From Pelagomonas calceolata (Eukaryota): a DNA stretch of 64,000 nt. Of this stretch, positions 60,642-64,000 are shown in pieces. Numbering within the stretch: the first letter of the stretch is position 1; every line of letters starts with the position of its first letter. The stretch lies in contig CAKKNE010000004.1 of assembly GCA_918797485.1 (NCBI GenBank), positions 1,364,001-1,428,000 of the forward strand, written 5' to 3'. A program made the position numbers and the translations under genes. Under the pieces are notes generated by a model. It worked only from the letters and a program-made list of their open reading frames with translations. It did not search any database and was not told the DNA's origin.

Positions 60642-62117
60642 TTACTCCCGCAGCCGCCGCAGGAACGCGCCCGTCGCCGCCAGCGCCGCGGCGACGCGCC
60701 CGTCGACGCTCCTCTTCGCGGGTGCCGGCGCCGCGGGCCCGCGGACGCGCACGGCGAAGCGCCGCGACGACGCCGCGGCCGCCGCCGCGTCGCGCTTGCC
60801 CCGCGCGCGCTGCGCGAGCAGAGCGGCCTGGGCGTCGGGGTCGAGGGCCTGCATGCGCTGGAAGTCCCGGAGCGTCTTCACGAGCTCGACGAGGTCCCTG
60901 GGCGGCCGCTGGCCGGGCGCGCCGTACGCGTCGCCGCCCCGCAGAATCTGGAGCTCCTTGCCGTCCGCCGACGCCTCGACGACGACGGCGGGCTCCCGCT
61001 CGAGGTCGAGGGCCCGGCCGCGCCCGTCCTCGAAGAGCGTCAGCGCGACGGCGCCGCGCTGGTCCCTTGCTTTCACGTGCGCGTTGAGTCGGTTCCGGGA
61101 AGACGGCGGCGCGAGCGGCTGGAGGAAGTGGTGCTGCGCCGCGAAGCGCTGCAGCCGGCGGCCGCAACTTTGTAAAAGGGCCGCCGCGGCGCCGGCGTCG
61201 ACGCGGGGCAGGAGCTTCGTCGCGAGGGCCCGCATCTCGGTGGACGCGAGCGCGTCGACGAGCGTCCGGTCCACGTCGTCGGCGCCGCGCCGGCGCAACG
61301 CGCAGTCGCGGCCCCGCAACACAATGAGCGCGTCGGCGCGGAAGGCCGCCTCTGCGTCAAAGGCCGCGCCGGGGTGGAGCCGCGCCTCGACGCGGTCGCC
61401 GAGCCGCGTCAGCGTGAAGCCCGCGCCGCACTCGACGTCGCAGAGGACGTCCGCGAAGTAGGCGCCGTCGCCCCCCAGGATGGCGAGGAGCTGCCGCGGG
61501 TCGAGAGAGGGGCCCTCTTCCTTATTTGTGAATGGCGTCGGCAGCGCCTCGACGAGCGGCAGATCTACTTCCGTGCCCTGACAGACGCACGCCGCTAAAG
61601 ATGATGAAGCCGGCCGCAAGAGCTTTTCGGAGGCGACGCGCGTGTATGAATCGAACTCGTCCTCGGCCGGCGCGTCGTGCACGTATTTCAGGAGAGCGCT
61701 CGCCCCGAAGGCGTCGCCTTCGCAGCTCGCGTGGCCGCCGTCGGCCGTCCAAGAACCATCCTCGGGCCGCCAGCGCGCCATCCGCGGCCCGCGCCGCGCG
61801 TGCGGCGCCGCTCGCTCCATCAGGCGCTTCGCAACGAAGGGCGCGTGGTCCCCCAAGGCGTTTCTGAGACCCAACAACTTCGCGCAGGCCGGCCTATATC
61901 TCGACAGGCAGTAGCGCGTCGCGTGGCGCGCGACGGCCTCGTTGCCGTCGTCGGCCGCGGCGACGACCGTGAGGCCGCGGCCGTCGGGCGTGAGGACGAG
62001 GCACGTGCCATCATCTAGGCCGGCGCAGGCCGCGCCGCCCCTCAGGAGCATGGCGCGCCGGAGTTGCGGTACGGGGTCCGTCGGCGGGCGCGGCGGCGGC
62101 GTGAGGGCTGCGGCCAT
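60642..62117 (-). CDS. C5orf34-like (DUF4524) protein
   Basis: ML..G....DG..L.L.P.G..TRY.LSRYR...LL..RN....PF resembles the C5orf34 N-terminus. Confidence 0.6.
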   Translation of the reverse strand: MAAALTPPPRPPTDPVPQLRRAMLLRGGAACAGLDDGTCLVLTPDGRGLTVVAAADDGNEAVARHATRYCLSRYRPACAKLLGLRNALGDHAPFVAKRLMERAAPHARRGPRMARWRPEDGSWTADGGHASCEGDAFGASALLKYVHDAPAEDEFDSYTRVASEKLLRPASSSLAACVCQGTEVDLPLVEALPTPFTNKEEGPSLDPRQLLAILGGDGAYFADVLCDVECGAGFTLTRLGDRVEARLHPGAAFDAEAAFRADALIVLRGRDCALRRRGADDVDRTLVDALASTEMRALATKLLPRVDAGAAAALLQSCGRRLQRFAAQHHFLQPLAPPSSRNRLNAHVKARDQRGAVALTLFEDGRGRALDLEREPAVVVEASADGKELQILRGGDAYGAPGQRPPRDLVELVKTLRDFQRMQALDPDAQAALLAQRARGKRDAAAAAASSRRFAVRVRGPAAPAPAKRSVDGRVAAALAATGAFLRRLRE

Positions 62118-62486
62118 TCTTCAAATTCAACCGTATCGATCAGCAGGGCTGGGATTCCCGCAGTTACGTTGCTAGGGAGCCTTGTTGTGACCCAATAGCT
62201 TACAATTTGGGCGTCAGAGCCTGTCCAATTCAAACTGGCTAATAGGGGGTTTTGGGGTAGGAAACCCGCACTGAGTGAAAATCGGCTCATTGGCGGTCCT
62301 GAGACGTCGGGGGGAGCTCGGTGACAATTACATGCTTCGCAAGGAGACAATTTTGTGTTTGGAGATTTTAGCTCGCCGGTCGTAGATCACGGCGCCGCGG
62401 ACCGCTGATCGAGGAGTGGAGGCGAGGCCTGCTGGAGAGCACGTGCCTTTGCACAGCGACGAGGACGGAGAGCCGGTTCCGCAGCG

Positions 62487-63305
62487 ATGGCGGCGAACGT
62501 GGCGGCGGAGCTGGACTCGGACGATGACAACTCGTCCGGCTCGAGCGTGGGCATGCCGGTGAGTGCTTTCCCGTCCCAGAGACCTGCGCGCGCATCCCCG
62601 CGGGCCGCCGCGCGGACCCGCACCGTGCTGGCGAGCAGCGGTCCCGCGGCCGCGGCCCGACCTTGTCCCGGCCGGCCGCGCCGCGCCGCGCGCCGCCGGC
62701 CCTCCCCGCGCCGTCGACGTACGAGACGCACGAGAGGGCAGCACGCACGCAAAACGCCGACGCGCCGCCCCCCGCAGACCCTCGAGGACCAGGAGGACGC
62801 GCCGCCGCCGGCCCAGCCCGCGGCCGCGGCCGGCGGCGGCGACGGCGGCGGCGCCAAACAAAACAGGGCCGAGAAGAAGAACCGCAAGGCCATGCAGAAG
62901 CTGGGGATGAAGGCCGTGCCCGACGTCGTGCGCGTGACGGTCAAGAAGAGCAAGAACATCTTGTTCGCGATCGGCCACCCCGACGTGTTCAAGAGCGCGA
63001 CGTCGGACACGTACGTCGTCTTCGGCGAGGCGAAGATCGAGGACCTGAGCGCCCAGGCGCAGCAGCAGGCGGCGTCGCAGTTCCAGGCCGCGCAGGCGAG
63101 CATGGGCTCCGGGGCCGCGGCCGCGGCCGCGCCGCCGACGATCCCCGAGGAGGACGAGGGCGGCGACCTCGACGAGAGCGGGTTGGAGCCCAAGGACGTC
63201 GAGCTCGTCATGTCCCAGGCGTCCTGCTCGCGGTCCAAGGCCGTCAAGGCGCTCCGCGCGAACGACGGCGACATCGTGAACGCGATCATGGAGCTGACCA
63301 TGTAA
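62487..63305 (+). CDS. NACA: Nascent polypeptide-associated complex alpha subunit; intron 62559-62777
   Basis: [47 protein letters not shown] and [26 protein letters not shown] in-frame 219-nt intron. Confidence 0.95.
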   Translation: MAANVAAELDSDDDNSSGSSVGMPVSAFPSQRPARASPRAAARTRTVLASSGPAAAARPCPGRPRRAARRRPSPRRRRTRRTRGQHARKTPTRRPPQTLEDQEDAPPPAQPAAAAGGGDGGGAKQNRAEKKNRKAMQKLGMKAVPDVVRVTVKKSKNILFAIGHPDVFKSATSDTYVVFGEAKIEDLSAQAQQQAASQFQAAQASMGSGAAAAAAPPTIPEEDEGGDLDESGLEPKDVELVMSQASCSRSKAVKALRANDGDIVNAIMELTM

Positions 63306-63776
63306 AAGGGGGCTCGCCGGGGGCGCGCGCTTTCTTTCTCTCTTAGTAGACTACTATTATCTCTCGCCGGCGCCTCGGTCGCGACGGTGCCATCGCCGGT
63401 TCCCGGTCTGTCGAAGATGCGAAGAGCGTCGCACCGGACCGTCCCTAGGGGGATACCGCGCGCCGGGAGATTGCTGTTCGAAGTCTGCTCTTGCTGGAAA
63501 ATACCCGCATGCTCCGCGCTAGAGCTCGGCAGGCCGCCACACCTGTACCGGCAACGCTCCCAGGACCACGGTCGAGCCAGACTGAAACCGTTTCGTTGAA
63601 CTATTGCCTGTACCCAACGCGACCGGTTTCGTCCGGTGCCCTTGCTGCCCGCTGCTAAACCAGCCACACCGGTGCCACCACGGCCACCCTCGCCACCTCG
63701 TGCACGGCCTCCTTTGCGTCTGCCACCTAGCCCAGCCCAGCCCAGCCCAGCGCTCCACCAATTCCTGCCACCTAAC

Positions 63777-64000
63777 ATGGACAAAAGCGAATACATCATT
63801 ATCTCCGGCCTCTGCTGCGACAATACGTACCTCGACACGGCCCCCACGGTCTGCGGCGCCGGCGAGTCGGAGTGCCTCTGCTGCGCGTCCGACTACGTGC
63901 TGTGCGGCGAGCTCGACTACGTCCCCCGGATGTGTACCCTCCTCCCCGGGTGCGCCATCATCCCCAAGTTCGGCTGCTGCAAGACCGTGGACCACTACTT
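63777..64000 (+). CDS. Cys-rich small protein, 5' part (runs off window)
   Basis: Read by hand: MDKSEYIIISGLCCDNTYL..ECLCC..VPRMCTLLPGCAIIPKFGCCKTV, open to the window end. Confidence 0.65.
   Translation, partial: MDKSEYIIISGLCCDNTYLDTAPTVCGAGESECLCCASDYVLCGELDYVPRMCTLLPGCAIIPKFGCCKTVDHY

Noticed and set aside
62559..62777. Introner element in the 219-nt NACA intron
   Set aside because: The length is suggestive, but no terminal inverted repeat, target duplication or second copy is visible.
1..64000. Numerous long Arg/Ala/Gly/Pro-rich overlapping ORFs (e.g. 18218-19798, 21671-22954, 56795-58141, 62387-63847)
   Set aside because: These are shadow frames caused by high GC and stop-codon scarcity; most overlap better-supported genes.
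1..64000. Bacterial or viral origin of the window
   Set aside because: Spliceosomal introns and core eukaryotic genes (SMC5, ATG3, PRP4, eIF2A, NACA) are interleaved with the bacterial-type domains.

Overview
GC-rich, very gene-dense eukaryotic nuclear DNA carrying about 38 compact protein-coding genes, most intronless and several with short (50-85 nt) GT-AG or GC-AG introns. The gene content and style point by inference to a pelagophyte stramenopile alga (Pelagomonas/Aureococcus-like): bipartite plastid-targeting leaders, the stramenopile 'GxWTxEEE..CxPMRxSKKF' family, and the MYND-RINGv-TPR family. Recognisable genes are SMC5, ATG3, eIF2A, PRP4, NAC-alpha, a MINDY3/4 deubiquitinase, a Nudix hydrolase, GT90, a sulfatase, a TupA-like ATP-grasp enzyme, a JmjC protein and a FABP-like protein, plus bacterial-type domains (TauA-like, DUF4197, DUF6787, YjjX). 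No rRNA, tRNA, CRISPR array or autonomous transposase was seen. The best candidate for something new is a ~3.4 kb segment (32958-36407) bounded by diverged direct repeats. It encodes a putative HNH-type nuclease followed immediately by a ~180-nt multibranch, pseudoknot-capable sequence and a T-rich tract. Other notable items are two 44-bp insertions flanked by apparent target-site duplications, an AT(GHSxG)-membrane acyltransferase fusion, a YjjX-KIX fusion and a plastid membrane protein with three NLDxAIxN repeats. All domain calls were made by eye from motifs; no database search was run.
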